In this document: positions 1 to 12,500 of the stretch, one piece after another
How positions within the stretch are numbered: the first letter of the stretch is position 1
How the letters are laid out: each line of letters begins with the position of its first letter
Assembly (NCBI GenBank): GCA_050273025.1
Contig: CP158635.1
Coordinates: forward strand, 7,192,001-7,256,000
Source of the DNA: Cenococcum geophilum
Lineage: Eukaryota
Reading direction: 5' to 3'
Length of the DNA: 64,000 nucleotides
The notes under the pieces: generated by a model
Told to the model about the DNA's origin: nothing
Databases searched by the model: none
What the model saw: the letters and a program-made list of their open reading frames with translations, nothing else
Program-made: the position numbers and the translations under genes

Positions 1-1903
1 GAACGCCTTATACTAGGACTTAAAATTACCTAAATCTAATAGCTTTAATAGGAAAATATAAACTAAGTATATAATAAAAATAATAAAAGAATATAAGGGT
101 CGCTAGAGACTTACTAGGGAAACGCTAGTTAAATATTTAGCTCCCTTATTATTAGTATATATATACTAGAAATATAAAAACTCCTTATTTAAAAAGGTAT
201 TATTATAAATAGCCTTATATATAACGTAAGGCTCTATAACTATAGACTCCGCCTAAAATAATACTATTGCTACGTATAGTAGGGACACACCTAATCCACA
301 TACGTAGTATAGGTATGCTGCGGCTACTATATAGGCCCCTATAATATAAGATACTACTTAAATTAAGACTAAATAAAATGCGTAAACTGCCACTAAAGCA
401 TATATAAGGCGTAGGAGAGAGAAGACTGTATTAAATACAGGAGACGGAAGGTAAGGGCTTAACAGCTACAGGAATAACTATATGCTAGGTTATATAAATA
501 AAAATAATAGGCGATAAGCTAGGGGGGCGTAGGTGCCTTTCTAGCGTTTCCTACCTTTAATACTAGGGGGCTAGGCTAGCTATCCTAAGCCTTAACGGGC
601 CAGAAGCGACGCCGCGCGATATTACTAGACTATATAGGGACATAAGGGTTATAGGGGACATAAGGGAGAGGACGCCCTATAGGAAGACCCTTATAAACAG
701 CTATAGCAAGCTTAAGACTAGGACAATTAAAAATTAGACTTAACGCGGTAAATATAATATTTATAGCCAACTCTTAAAGGGTATATAGCCAACTAGTAAA
801 AACAGGGGAAGAACTGAAAATAATAATAGATTTAGATATAGAAGCGCTAGTAGGAATATAAGATATAGGAATAGAAAGCTCTATATAAAATAAGTAGTAA
901 CTAGGGTGTAGATATAAAAGATAGAAGTTCTAAATATTCTAGAGAAAGTAGAAATAGAAGAAGTAAGGAATAAAAAAGAGGCGAAGGACCCTCACCGGGG
1001 GTCCGCTACCTATCTATTATATAGTATAACTATAGCAATACAAACCACTGTTTTGTAAGGCCCTTACTAGACAGCCTAAACCTAGAGAAATACTATATCC
1101 TTGCTATATAAGAGCCGTATTATAATACCTATATATAATTAACATACTGCCCTTAAGGATTCCAGCTCTTATATAAACTAAAAGCAGCTATACGCGTGTG
1201 CTTTATAATTAGCAAGGCTATTAGCCTATCCTTATAATTATAGTAGGCAGTTAACCTAGATATTAGTATAGATTATTAATATATATAACCCTAGGGTTAA
1301 AGGGGTCCTATAAATAGAGAATATTATATTAGTAATAAGCCTACTAGAAACCAAAGGCATAGAGTTTATCCTATTAGGAGATATAAACCTCTACTACCCG
1401 CAGTAGAGGGGTATCTATATTGCTGCTAAATAATAGGTAGAGTGCCTACTAAGAGCTATAGACACCTAGGGCCTTAAGCTAGCTACCCCCCTAGGAGTAA
1501 TTATATAGTAATAAGGCACCGCCAGAAGTATAATTAACCTTACATTTATAGACGAAGGCCTATATTAGAGACTTAAAAGGTATAACCCTAAAAAAGAATA
1601 GGTACTTATTTTAAATTATATCCCTATCTAAATATTAAGGCGTAACTAAATAGTAAAAGATATATAATAAGAAAGCTTAAGATAAACAGCTTCCTTAACA
1701 TAGTTAAATAACAACTTTAAGACTTAGAAGAAATCTACCCAATATTAAACGAGCGAGGCTTATTGGCTACCCCTAAGGAAATTGACTAAAGACTAAAAAG
1801 GATCTAGGCAGCAATTAAAAACGGGCTAGAAGAGCACTACCCGGTCTTAAAACTGGGCCCCTATACGCGATACGCATAGTCTATATAATGCGCGGTTCGC
1901 CAG

Positions 1904-2328
1904 TATAACGGAACCTTATAGCAAGAACTACGATAGGTTCGTCAATGGGCTAGGTGTGTAGGAAATGTAAGTACAAAAGTCAACAACATAATAACAACTG
2001 GTGGAGTGGTTGCCTAACAGATTAACTCTAATTATATTTTAAGAATCACTATAAGGAAGGAACTATCTAGGTAGGGACTAAGGGTCCTTAAATACACAAC
2101 CGTACTCCTAAGAAAGTTATTACTCTATCTACTCTATCTACTCTATTCGCTCTATAATAGATTTTATAGATTATATAGATTATATAGATTACATTATGTA
2201 ACTCTGCTTACTATTCCTTATTACATAGTTCTACGGGTTCTATCTTAGACCGTGCTTATATTAACTAACTAGCTTCTTCCGACTCCTCTCTAAGTAGTTA
2301 TAATATTGTACTTAAAGCGTCCGTAACA
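1904..2328 (-). repeat. 3' LTR of element A
   Basis: Direct repeat of 15826-16250, differing mostly by C>T/G>A; adjacent to the PPT. Confidence 0.95.
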
Positions 2329-2436
2329 CTATCTCCCTCCTCTCTATCTTCGTCCTCAAAGATACCTAGCATCTCCAGGTCGTTTACTAGAGGTATAATG
2401 TCCGTCTAATTAATTTGGTTAATATTGTTACTTATA

Positions 2437-3120
2437 ATACCTAAAGCACCTTCTTCTTCCTCTATAGCCCGTCGGTCTCATACTATTGCTATAATATTGT
2501 CTCTTAGTGAGATAATGCCATCTCCGTGTTCTCATTATGTGAAAGAGGGGCTGGTTTACGTTACGTTGGCAAGTCCTTTATCCTAGTAACTTTCCTCTTA
2601 TTCGGAGTACACTAAAGCGAATATTTAGTTATCCTATAACGTTCGCTCTATCTCTAATATTAAATATACGCGACCTATTACTCTTAATAGTCGTCTAGTT
2701 CCCTAATTAATTTATTTTAGGGTTTTATATTTAATCCAAGGCAGAAAAACTTAAGGGTAATCTTACCGTAGCGCTAGCGGAAGCCCATTGTCGATCCAAA
2801 GAATCTACTTGTGCCCTTAAGGCTTAGCAGTCTGCCTTTATAAAAGTTTAGTATCTTTAACGCGTTTATAAAAAGGTTCGCTCTAAGGAGTAGAAACTTA
2901 TAAAATAAGGTCTATAGGAACTAGGTAATAAAAGAACGGATTTTCTTCTAATAGAGAAGGAAATAGATCTAAGTAGTTCGGCAACTACTCTTCTTAGGTC
3001 CCCCTTAGGTAACTTATTCTTTGGCGATCCTTTTTTATTAATATTACCTAACCTAATCTCTTCTAATACTCCTATACCTTTCCTATAGCGTTCTTTAAAT
3101 TCTCTAGTAGCTCCTAGGTA
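2437..3120 (+). pseudogene. Antisense two-exon ORF inside element A: Zn2Cys6-like cluster followed by a coiled coil
   Basis: Frame from 2437 de-RIPs to MPKAPSSS..PSPCSHCVKEGLVC(x13)CSEC(x8)CDVRS. Intron 2666-2720 (RIPed GT donor, ctaat branch, tag acceptor) splits a TGG codon, and exon 2 stays in frame. Same structure in copies C and G. Confidence 0.75.
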
Positions 3121-4447
3121 GTCTTAGTGTAGCCTATCTATTTAACCTTATACTATTGTGGTGGGGTAAAATGGGCCACTACTTAGTGCCTTAGCATTTT
3201 CCTATATATATCGAGCCTTCGGCTTCTCTCCTTCTTCCTATTACAACCGACCGGGAATACATTCTTTCCTTTCTTCTTACTGACTGCTTTCCTACTGATT
3301 AATTACAACTAACTGACCAACCAACCGACCGACCGACAGACAAACAGCACTGTGACTTTCCTATCTAAGAGTGGTCGTACCCTCCCATATATTTTATGGC
3401 ATTCCATATAGGGATGACGGCAAGCTCTTTAGATTAGAAGTCTGGCATTTTACACACAACTATATACGCGTAGGAACATACCATAACTATAGAAGAACCG
3501 CTAGCTATAGAAGAACAACCAGCTGTAGAAGAACCGCTAGCTAGATAGACGAGACGAAAGCAGAGAACTAGGCAGTATCGGACAGTAAGGGGAACCAGGT
3601 AGTCCCTAAACAGAAAGACAGCGGAAAAGACAGATATTAGACTTAACGCATAGGCCAAAGAGTGGCAAAAAGGAGTGGCAAAGGTCTTAGAAAGTTACGT
3701 ATAAGGACGTTAAGCGAACTAGCAAGCCAATCAGACAGCTTTAACCGGCAGTTGGAGATACCCAATTTCTTCTACCTGCGCACGGATATGGCTAGAGCTT
3801 TATTAAAGATGCAGAGACAATAGGCAGCCAAGGGCCAATTAATTAGATGGAAATGAGATCTAAGGCATCTAGCAGCAGAGGAAGTTAGCGCTGCCCTTTA
3901 GGAACAGAAGAGAGAATACCAAGCAAGGTCGCAAGTACACGAGATCAGATCTGCCCTCGAAAGCTTCCTATTCTGGTTTAGCTTTATCTTTTTTTAAGTT
4001 ATCCAGATCGTGTTAGCGGCGGCTACAGAGGCGTTCCATGAAGAAGTAGATATAGGCAGAAGCGTAAGGCTTAGCAGCACCCTACCGCGTGGAGTAACGG
4101 TAGGCTAAAACAGACGGACGTATCAAGACCCGGCAGTAGTAGAAGATGGCGATTCTGTGCTCTCCCAGGAAGACCAACCTCCAGGCGTTAAGAAGCAGCT
4201 AGAAGGAATCGAAGCCTATACCTCTTTTGCTGAGTATAAACTAACACCAGGATAGCCGTCTAGGACACTATTACTTTAGGCGGCAATGCAAGCAGACCTA
4301 CTACAGCATTTACCCGTAATACCTAGGACCAATAACCCTCAGCAGATAAAGGACAAGAACCGTAAGGACCACCTACAAGCTCCCAAGGAAGCTCTAGATG
4401 CGTTACCCTATAACTAGCAGTTAACAGCTCGAGACAGGATCTACGTT

Positions 4448-5270
4448 ATGGTCTAGCCTATGCCAGCCCCAGGAACTGTTAGAACTCCGTACTTTATAGG
4501 ACAGGACGTGTTATAGTTTATCGAGCAGTATAAATGGCTATGCGTCCGACACTACGTAATAAGTAAGGAGAAGTACTAGGGCCTTCCGGAGTACTGCGAT
4601 TACTAGATAGGGATATAGATCCGAAGCTTGCCTAAGTTTATAGCTGGTAACTAGACGGAGCTTATAAGAAAGCTTAGGGCGGAATACTAAGGAAGTAACC
4701 AATTTCGACAAATGGAAACGGTAGAATTCTTGGAAGCCTATATATGGTAGTGTAGGGACAGTCCGCCAAGTAGCGTACGCGAGTACTATAGGCAGTTTAT
4801 ACTAATCTCCTAAAGGGTTACGCAGGCAGGCAATCTAGGGAACGCTTAGCAAGGGTACTAGTTTGTAAAAGGACTTCCGCTTAAATATTAAAGGCATACT
4901 ATGGCCAAAACGGGAGCTAATCTAGATAGACGAGAGTCCTTTAACTTCTATTAGTTATAGAGAGCTATAGAGAATAGGCTTAGTTTATATAAGGGCGCGG
5001 ATCGTCTATTAAAAATGGACCCCGAGGAGCAGAGCCTTCGTTAGCTGGTTGAGCAGTTCTATAATTAGCAGCCAGTTATAGGCAAAGATACTACCCTTTA
5101 ACCACCTACGATCTTTTAGCCAAATAAGATAGCTGACGCCTGTTAAGCCAGCCAGGAAACGGACCTAGTTGGACTAGGTGTACACGGAGGAGCCCTAATA
5201 CAGTAGCATTCACCCGCTATAGATTAAGCTATAGTTCAAAGCCTAGCATAAGGATATGGCCTGGCACTAG
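4448..5270 (+). pseudogene. gag-like ORF remnant of element B (boundaries approximate)
   Basis: De-RIPed MPAPGTVGTPYF.GQDVSQFIEQYEWLC...LPEYC...WTELVRKLRAEY resembles fungal Ty3 capsid N-termini. Stops are TAA/TAG, consistent with RIP. Confidence 0.6.
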
Positions 5271-8200
5271 GATACGAAAACTGGCAGAATAGCACCCGAC
5301 CTCTGTAAGACTCTTGATATTCGCAGGACTTCCGATATCCGCAGGACTTTTAATATCCGCAAGATTCTACTGCCTTTAGACGACCGCAGCGGGACGTACG
5401 GGGTTAGCAGGATGGCACGCGATCTGGCCCGGGCCGATGGACCTATTTTAGATGCGGAGGAAGTTACCGTTTTACCGAGCACAAATGTTAAGGCTTAAAG
5501 GATCTTATTTAGTAAGGATTTGTATATCTGTCTAATTAAGGAAGACTGGTAGCTGGGATACGCGATTAACCTGGACCTGAACTACCGTGGCTCGGCAATG
5601 AGGGACGATTAAAAAACATTAAGAACTGGCTTTGTATATATTAAGGAGCAGACCTAGATAGACTGAAGAAAGAATAGACATAGTAGCGGGCCTTCCATAA
5701 TAGAGTAGCGCTAAAGATTAGTGATAAGAAAAGTATAAACTAGGGGGACTACTATTAGAATCGCCTAACCCTTAAAGACAGCCGCGTAACTAGGACAGCT
5801 ATTAAGCTATAGGAGAGTAATATATGACTAGAAGACTACATGCAGATTAGGTCATAGCCTATAGAGAAGGCAGCTAAAGCTAGAGAGGACTACTATTAGA
5901 ATCGCCTAACCCTTAGAGACGGTTATTAGAGACGGTTATTAGAGGTAGACGCTTAAAGTAAACTCTATAGTAGGTATAGAATGTTTAACTAAGGGACAGT
6001 TAAGTTCTAAGGTAGGGGAGGGGATGTAGGTAACGGCCGTATAAAAGATTTCTATTTATTTGCTTATTTACTATATTTCCTAAAGCTCCGTTTTTATTTA
6101 CTTTCTTAATCGCGACGCGTTAAGACGACCTGCCGCAAAAATATTAGTTTAGCTTACCGTCTATTGCCGAGCTAATAGCGATTTTTTATCCCGGGGACGG
6201 AAAATCCTAATTAGTCCATTTAGCAATAGAGCCGGCAGAACTCTATACTGCCCCTAAAATTCAATAATACGCCAGCTGCATAATAAGAACGGCACTAAGA
6301 GCCTTAATTAATTGCATGGATATAGAGCTAATTATATAATATAGAGCCAGACATAGAGCTAGACGCAAAGCCTTAATTAAATAACTGCACGGATGCCTTA
6401 ATCAATCGAGCAACCGTACTAAAGCCACGACTGGTCAAAGAATTAAATCAAGCCAAAGCCTTGATATCAGCACGTCGCCGTCACTGCATTAAATCAGTTA
6501 AATGTTGTTAAATTAGAGCCTTCGACTGGGCCGACTTTGTTCCTTATTTAAATAACAGCTAATCGCAGCTCTGCCCTGCTACCCGAATTTAGTACTATAC
6601 CGGCTATATAACAAGAACAAACACCGCGGTAAGGAAGGGACCTATATATAAGAACAGCAGTATGATATTGGAAATAAGCACCGTGGAACCGTAAAGCAGT
6701 ATATAAAGAGGCACTAACAAAGATACTCTGCGAGAGATTGTATATAAGGCGCAGCTGACTACGTTAAGCTTAAACCATCCTTATGCGACTAAAGACAGAA
6801 CTAAGCCATATCTGGCCAAGCTAGTAAAGAACTTTATTAAGGATTATAAGGGGAACAGGAATTGGACGTATAGGAACCGATGCTTTTTCCTTAGAGATTA
6901 TCTTAATAAAAGGACTGTATTATAGACGTAAGGGCAAGGGATATATAACGGAGGTAGTTACAACAGCTGAGAAGCTGTTATTAGATGACAAAGAGACTGG
7001 AAGCAGAAGATAGTCCCTAAAAGGCTCTTAAGCCAGAAGAAGATCAAGGATATGTAAGTATACTGCCAGCAGCGGGATTAAAGAAGCAGCCATAAAAGCT
7101 TAAGGATATAGCGAAGAAGCCAAGAGCAAGGATAATTTAAAAAAGGAAGAAAGCAGCTGTTAAGGACGTCCTATAAAAGCGCTAGGCCTATTATAGTGGT
7201 TTAGAGGAAGCTACTGTTAGTGCTTATAAAGAAGAAAGTCTTAGGACAGGCCTCTGGATTAGACGTCTGGTGGACACTAAGAGCCTTAATTAACTACGGA
7301 TGCAGAGCCCTAATTAATTAACTATATGGATACAAAGCTTTGACAAAACGACTACACAGCCAGGGTCTTAATTAATTATCCGCAGATGCAGAGCCTACGG
7401 ATGTAGAACCTAGGTTATACGTGTAGCAGAAGATGCCTTAAGTTAAGCCAGAGCCTCAGTTAAATCCTAATTAGTTAAACGCTGCCTCTATAGTTAAGTT
7501 GTTAAATTAGAGCCTTCGGTCGGGCCGACCTAATACCCTATTTAAACGTTAGTTAATTGTATGTTGTCACAGTCAAATCGAATTAGTCACCGTCGCCGTC
7601 AGACGTCTTCAATTAGCAGTTAAAGATTCTACAATAGTAGACAGACAGGCACTAGGCCTAACTAGGAAATTAGTATACAGCTGACACAACGTTAGAAGCA
7701 GAGCTAATTAATATCTTAGAGCCTTTGCGGGAGCTTCTTCCCTTAACTATCCCCCCTTTATTAATTAATTACTGCCCGTCTTAACGCCCACGGATTAGTT
7801 AACCAGAACGATCTTTCCTGTAGATATAGATACGGAGCTTTATACGGAGTCTTACACGGAGTTATATATAGACCCTATGGATATAGAATATATAGGTGCA
7901 GAGCGTTAATTGGACAACAGTATGGCAGCTTAACTGGACGCCTATAGATGCGAAGCCTTAATTGAACGGCAGATGCGGAACCTTAACATCGGACATCTAT
8001 ACGGAAGCTTTAATTAACTGTCTATAAATGTAAAGCCCTAGTTATATATGCAGCAGAAGACACCTTAAGTTAAGCCAGGGCCTCGTTAGATCTTAATTAG
8101 TTAAACACCGTCTCCGTATTTAAGTTAGGATAGTTAGAGCCTTCGGCCGGGCTGACTTTTTACCTTAATCGAACGACCGAACGATTAGTTGCAGCACATT

Positions 8201-8809
8201 GTCGCCGACTAATTAGACAGTCTTTGTCCGACAGTTAAAGTAGGCATATAGGCACCCACGCAGACACGGACGTAGACTATGCAATGCAGAACTACTAATA
8301 TACAGCCAGATGCATAGTTAGCCGCATAGTTAGATGCAGAGCTATGCGGACGTAAAGCTTAGTAATATAGGGCCTGATGCAAAGCCACGGATAGAGCCTT
8401 AATTAAGAGCCGTATATGATGCAGACCAATGCAGAGCTAGGTACAAAGCCTTAATATTAAACGACCAGCCGAACTACTAAGTCGGGCCGTAGTCTCTGCC
8501 GTTTTAATTAACTGCCCTGCCGCCACCGCTACTGCTACTACTATTCCGTCCGGCTATTTTGTCCCTACTGTCTTAACCAACTGCTGTCTCTACCGACTGC
8601 TGTCTCTACCGTCCTAGATTTGTACCGCTGCTAGGTCTATTTACTGCTGGATCTGCTAGGTCTATTATGCCGTTCTATACTACTATTCCAACTGATCTAT
8701 TCTACTGCTGCCAACTAGCTGTTCTACCGCTGCCACTACTGCCATTGCTATTCCAACTGTTCCGTTCTATTGTTTTAATTGTTCTCCTACTACCGTTCTT
8801 ACTAACTAC

Positions 8810-8915
8810 TACTGGCTAACTGCTACCGACTAACTGCTACCGACTGACTGCTACTAACTAACTGCTACCGACTAACTACTACCGACTAACTGCTACCGAC
8901 TAACTGCCGCTACCG
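8810..8915. repeat. 14-bp tandem repeat (actaactgctaccg)n in element B
   Basis: About 7 directly visible copies. Confidence 0.9.
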
Positions 8916-9315
8916 AGATTTCTGCTACTAAAAGTTCTGCTGCTAGATGTCCTACTGCTTACTATATAGACTAAGTTTTTCTACCGACTGTTCTATTACT
9001 AATCGCTCTACCATTAACCATTTTGCTTTGTCTTACTGCGCTAACTATTTACTTTTTACCATTACTACTACCGTTACTGCTGCTACTACTGCTACTACTG
9101 CTACTGCTATTGTTATTTCTGGTTTACAGCTATTTTGGTTACCGCTAGTAGGAAGGACACTGTAGGATAGTTCTATAGGAGGGCTGAGGATGAGGTTACC
9201 TATGTTCTTTTAGGGATATGCTTTCCTTTTTCTATTCTGCTTTTGCTATTCTTTTATTTAGCTATTCTTCTATAGTATAGAATATTAGGGGACAACGTTC
9301 TTGGTGGGGGAGGTA

Positions 9316-9548
9316 TGTGGTGGGGTAAAATGGGCCACTACTTAGTGCCTTGGCATTTTCCTGTATATATTAAGCCTTCGGCTTCTCTCCTTCTTCCTAT
9401 TACGACCGACCGGGAATATATTCTTTCCTTTCTTCTTACTGACTGCTTTCCTACTGATTGATTACGACTGACTGACCGACCGACCGACCGACCGACAGAC
9501 AGACAGCACTGTGACTTTCCTATCTGAGAGTGGTCGTACCCTCCCACA
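9316..9548 (+). repeat. 3' LTR of element B
   Basis: Direct repeat of 3157-3389. Confidence 0.95.
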
Positions 9549-12500
9549 CTATATCTCGTCGTCAATATTCTTATAATTAACAATCTTTAATACTTACTAT
9601 TTGTCTTCTTCTTATCCTCTATACATGTCTGCTTTATAGACTGGTGGCTTAATATTCCTATATACTAGCTCTAGTATTACAATATGCTGTATAGGGTAGA
9701 TCTTTATTTTGGCTAGTAGGTTTAACTTAAATATAACTGGTAAAATCCTCTATATAATTTTAAAAGGTCCTAGTCTAACGTAGTCTAATTTCTTGCTTAG
9801 TTGTTAACTCTTAAAATTTTTATATAGTAGCTATATTTTATCTCCCTCCTTAAGATCTAGTCCCTTAGATCTCTTAGTATTATAGTACTTTTTCATTCTC
9901 TCTTATACCTTCTTTACTGATTCTATAAGGTCTGCATAAAGATTTATTAATGTCTTTATTCTCTCTTTAGCTATACTACTTATTTTCTTCACTTACTATA
10001 GTAACAACGATATTCTTAGCTCGTATCCGTAATTTGCCTTAAATAGTAATATACCTATTCCTTCTTAAGGTATTATATTATATGCAAACTATATAACTAG
10101 TAATAGTAATACTTAATTATTCTATGCATGATTGATATAATACCTTAGATACTACTTTAGTATCTAATTTAATCTTTCCGTTTAACCGTCTATCTATAGA
10201 TAGTATACGGTAGAAGTTGCTGCTTAAACTCCTTACTTCGCTAAGAACACTTCCTAGAATACTATTATAAATCTTAAATCTCTATCCGATATAATCTTGC
10301 TTAGTGCTCTATGTCTTATAAATACTTCTTTAACGTAGATTCTAGCGACATCTTTCGCTAAGATTTCTTCTATGTATGCTATAAAGTATCCCCACTTTAT
10401 AAGCTTATCTACTATTACTAAGATTACGTTATAATCTTATCTAGTAATAGGATCTTTTAATTTTAGCAACTTAATAATAAAGTCCTATAATATGACCTCC
10501 TATAGTCTCTCTGGTATTTTAATAAGTTGTAGCCCTCTATATAGCTTATACCTTGTTGGTTTATTCCTTTAGCAATCTAGATATTCCTTTATAACCTTTT
10601 TAGCTATCCTCTAGATTCTATTAATAACGTACTCCTCCTAGAGTCTCGACACTAAGCCCGTAGCTCTATTATGTCCTTAAATTAGTCCCCTATAGAAGTC
10701 CTCTACAAACTACTCTGCTATACTTTTTAGGATGTACTTCGCTTCTCAATTTTCGTATATATCTGTCTATAGATCTTCTAGCTATGCTTTTAGAATTCTT
10801 TATACCTAAAAGCTTTCTAGTATCTTATAGATTTTCTCTAGTTTATTATCTTTTCAAGTTACTATAATTTTCGGATGATTATACCTAATTAATCTATCTA
10901 TATCTTTTTGCAATAAAGCCCCTAATGGCTTTTCCTTATTTTATAGTTTAGCTTTATAGCTTAGAGCGTCTACCCACGTATTATCTATACCTTTAGTATA
11001 CTAAATCTTAAAATAGTATTCCGTAAGTATCTCTGCCTATCTAACCTGTCTTTAGTTAAGTTCCTTTATTATTAGGAATCCTATTAGGTTCTTATAATCC
11101 GTTTTAACTATAAATAGTTTCTCTATACCTTATAAAAATGCTCTCTATTTCTTTAATACTGTAACTATACCTAACAACTCTTTATTATAGATGTCATAGT
11201 TTAACTCCGGTGGTGTCATCTTTTAACTATAGTATACTACTAGGTACTATCTATCTTAATGCCTTTATATAAAGCACGCCCCTAGTATATAGTCTAATGT
11301 ATTTATTTCTATAACCGTCTCTAGTCCTAGTTAATAGATCTTAAGAACTGGCTCCTAGGTAAACAACTTTTTAACTTTCTTAAAGAGTTCTCTTTACTCT
11401 TCCCCCTATGCCTATAGTTCTTCTTTCTTTATTAACCGCGTAAATAGCTTAATGTCCTTTAACCATTACGCTATAAACCTTCTATAGTAATTGCAAAACC
11501 CTAGGAACAATCTTAACTATATAACGTTCTCTAGTTCCTACTAATTTACTATAGCCTTGATCTTTTTTAGATCTATACTAAGTTGGCCTAGTTTAATAAT
11601 AAATCCTACAAAATTGGTCTTTCTGGTAAAGAACTCGCATTTCTTAATTACTACTAGCATCTATTCTTCTTATAGTCTCTTTAAGACCCATTTAACGTGT
11701 TCCCTATATTCTTCCTCAGTTATTAAGTAGATAATGATATTGTTAAGATATACTATAATAAATTTATCTAAGTGTTCTCCTAATATATTATTAATACGCT
11801 TCTAGAACGTTACTAGTGCGTTTATAAGCCCGAATTGTATAACTAATAGTTTATATAGTCCTTTTTTTAACCTAAAGGCTGCCTTTTATTCGTCGCCTTC
11901 CTTGATCCTAATCTAATAGTACGCCCATCTCAGATCTATCTTTATGAAGATTTGCGCATTGCCTATCCTATCTTAAATTTCGCTAATTAAGGGTAAAGGA
12001 TACCTATCCTTCCTAGTAATGCTGTTTAACTATCTATAGTCAATATATAGCCTTAGTTTGCCATTCTTCTTTAGTACAAATAGTACTAGATAACCCGCTG
12101 ATAACTATAATAGTCTAATATATCCCTTTTATAGATTTTCCTAGATAAACTCTTTTAGCGCTCTACCCTCTTCTTTAGTAAGCTTATAGATTAGAAAGAA
12201 CCTTAGACTTATTCCTAGTTCTAACTCTATTTTATAGTCCTATGCTATATATTTTAACAGCTTTTCACTTTCCGGTGACTATAGTTTCTTACTATACTTA
12301 TAGTATCTCTTTAGTACATAGCTTAGTCCTTTTTCTATTTCTTTATAGGTTACTCCTACTTAGTACTATACTAACTTGGCTTATTATTATATCTTACGGC
12401 GTTAAGTATCCCTAATATTAACCTAACCTGTAATCTAATTAATTCTTAGATTATATTCCTGTAACCAAGGTATGCCTAATACTGCCTTATCCTGTCCTAA

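Larger units (their letters stand above)
3157..9548 (+). mobile_element. LTR element B, gag-only and apparently non-autonomous, nested in the chromodomain region of A
   Basis: 233-bp TG..CA LTRs at 3157-3389 and 9316-9548. PPT ggtgggggaggta before the 3' LTR. 4-bp TSD ctat at 3153-3156 and 9549-9552. No RT, RNase H or integrase motif recognised. Confidence 0.88.
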
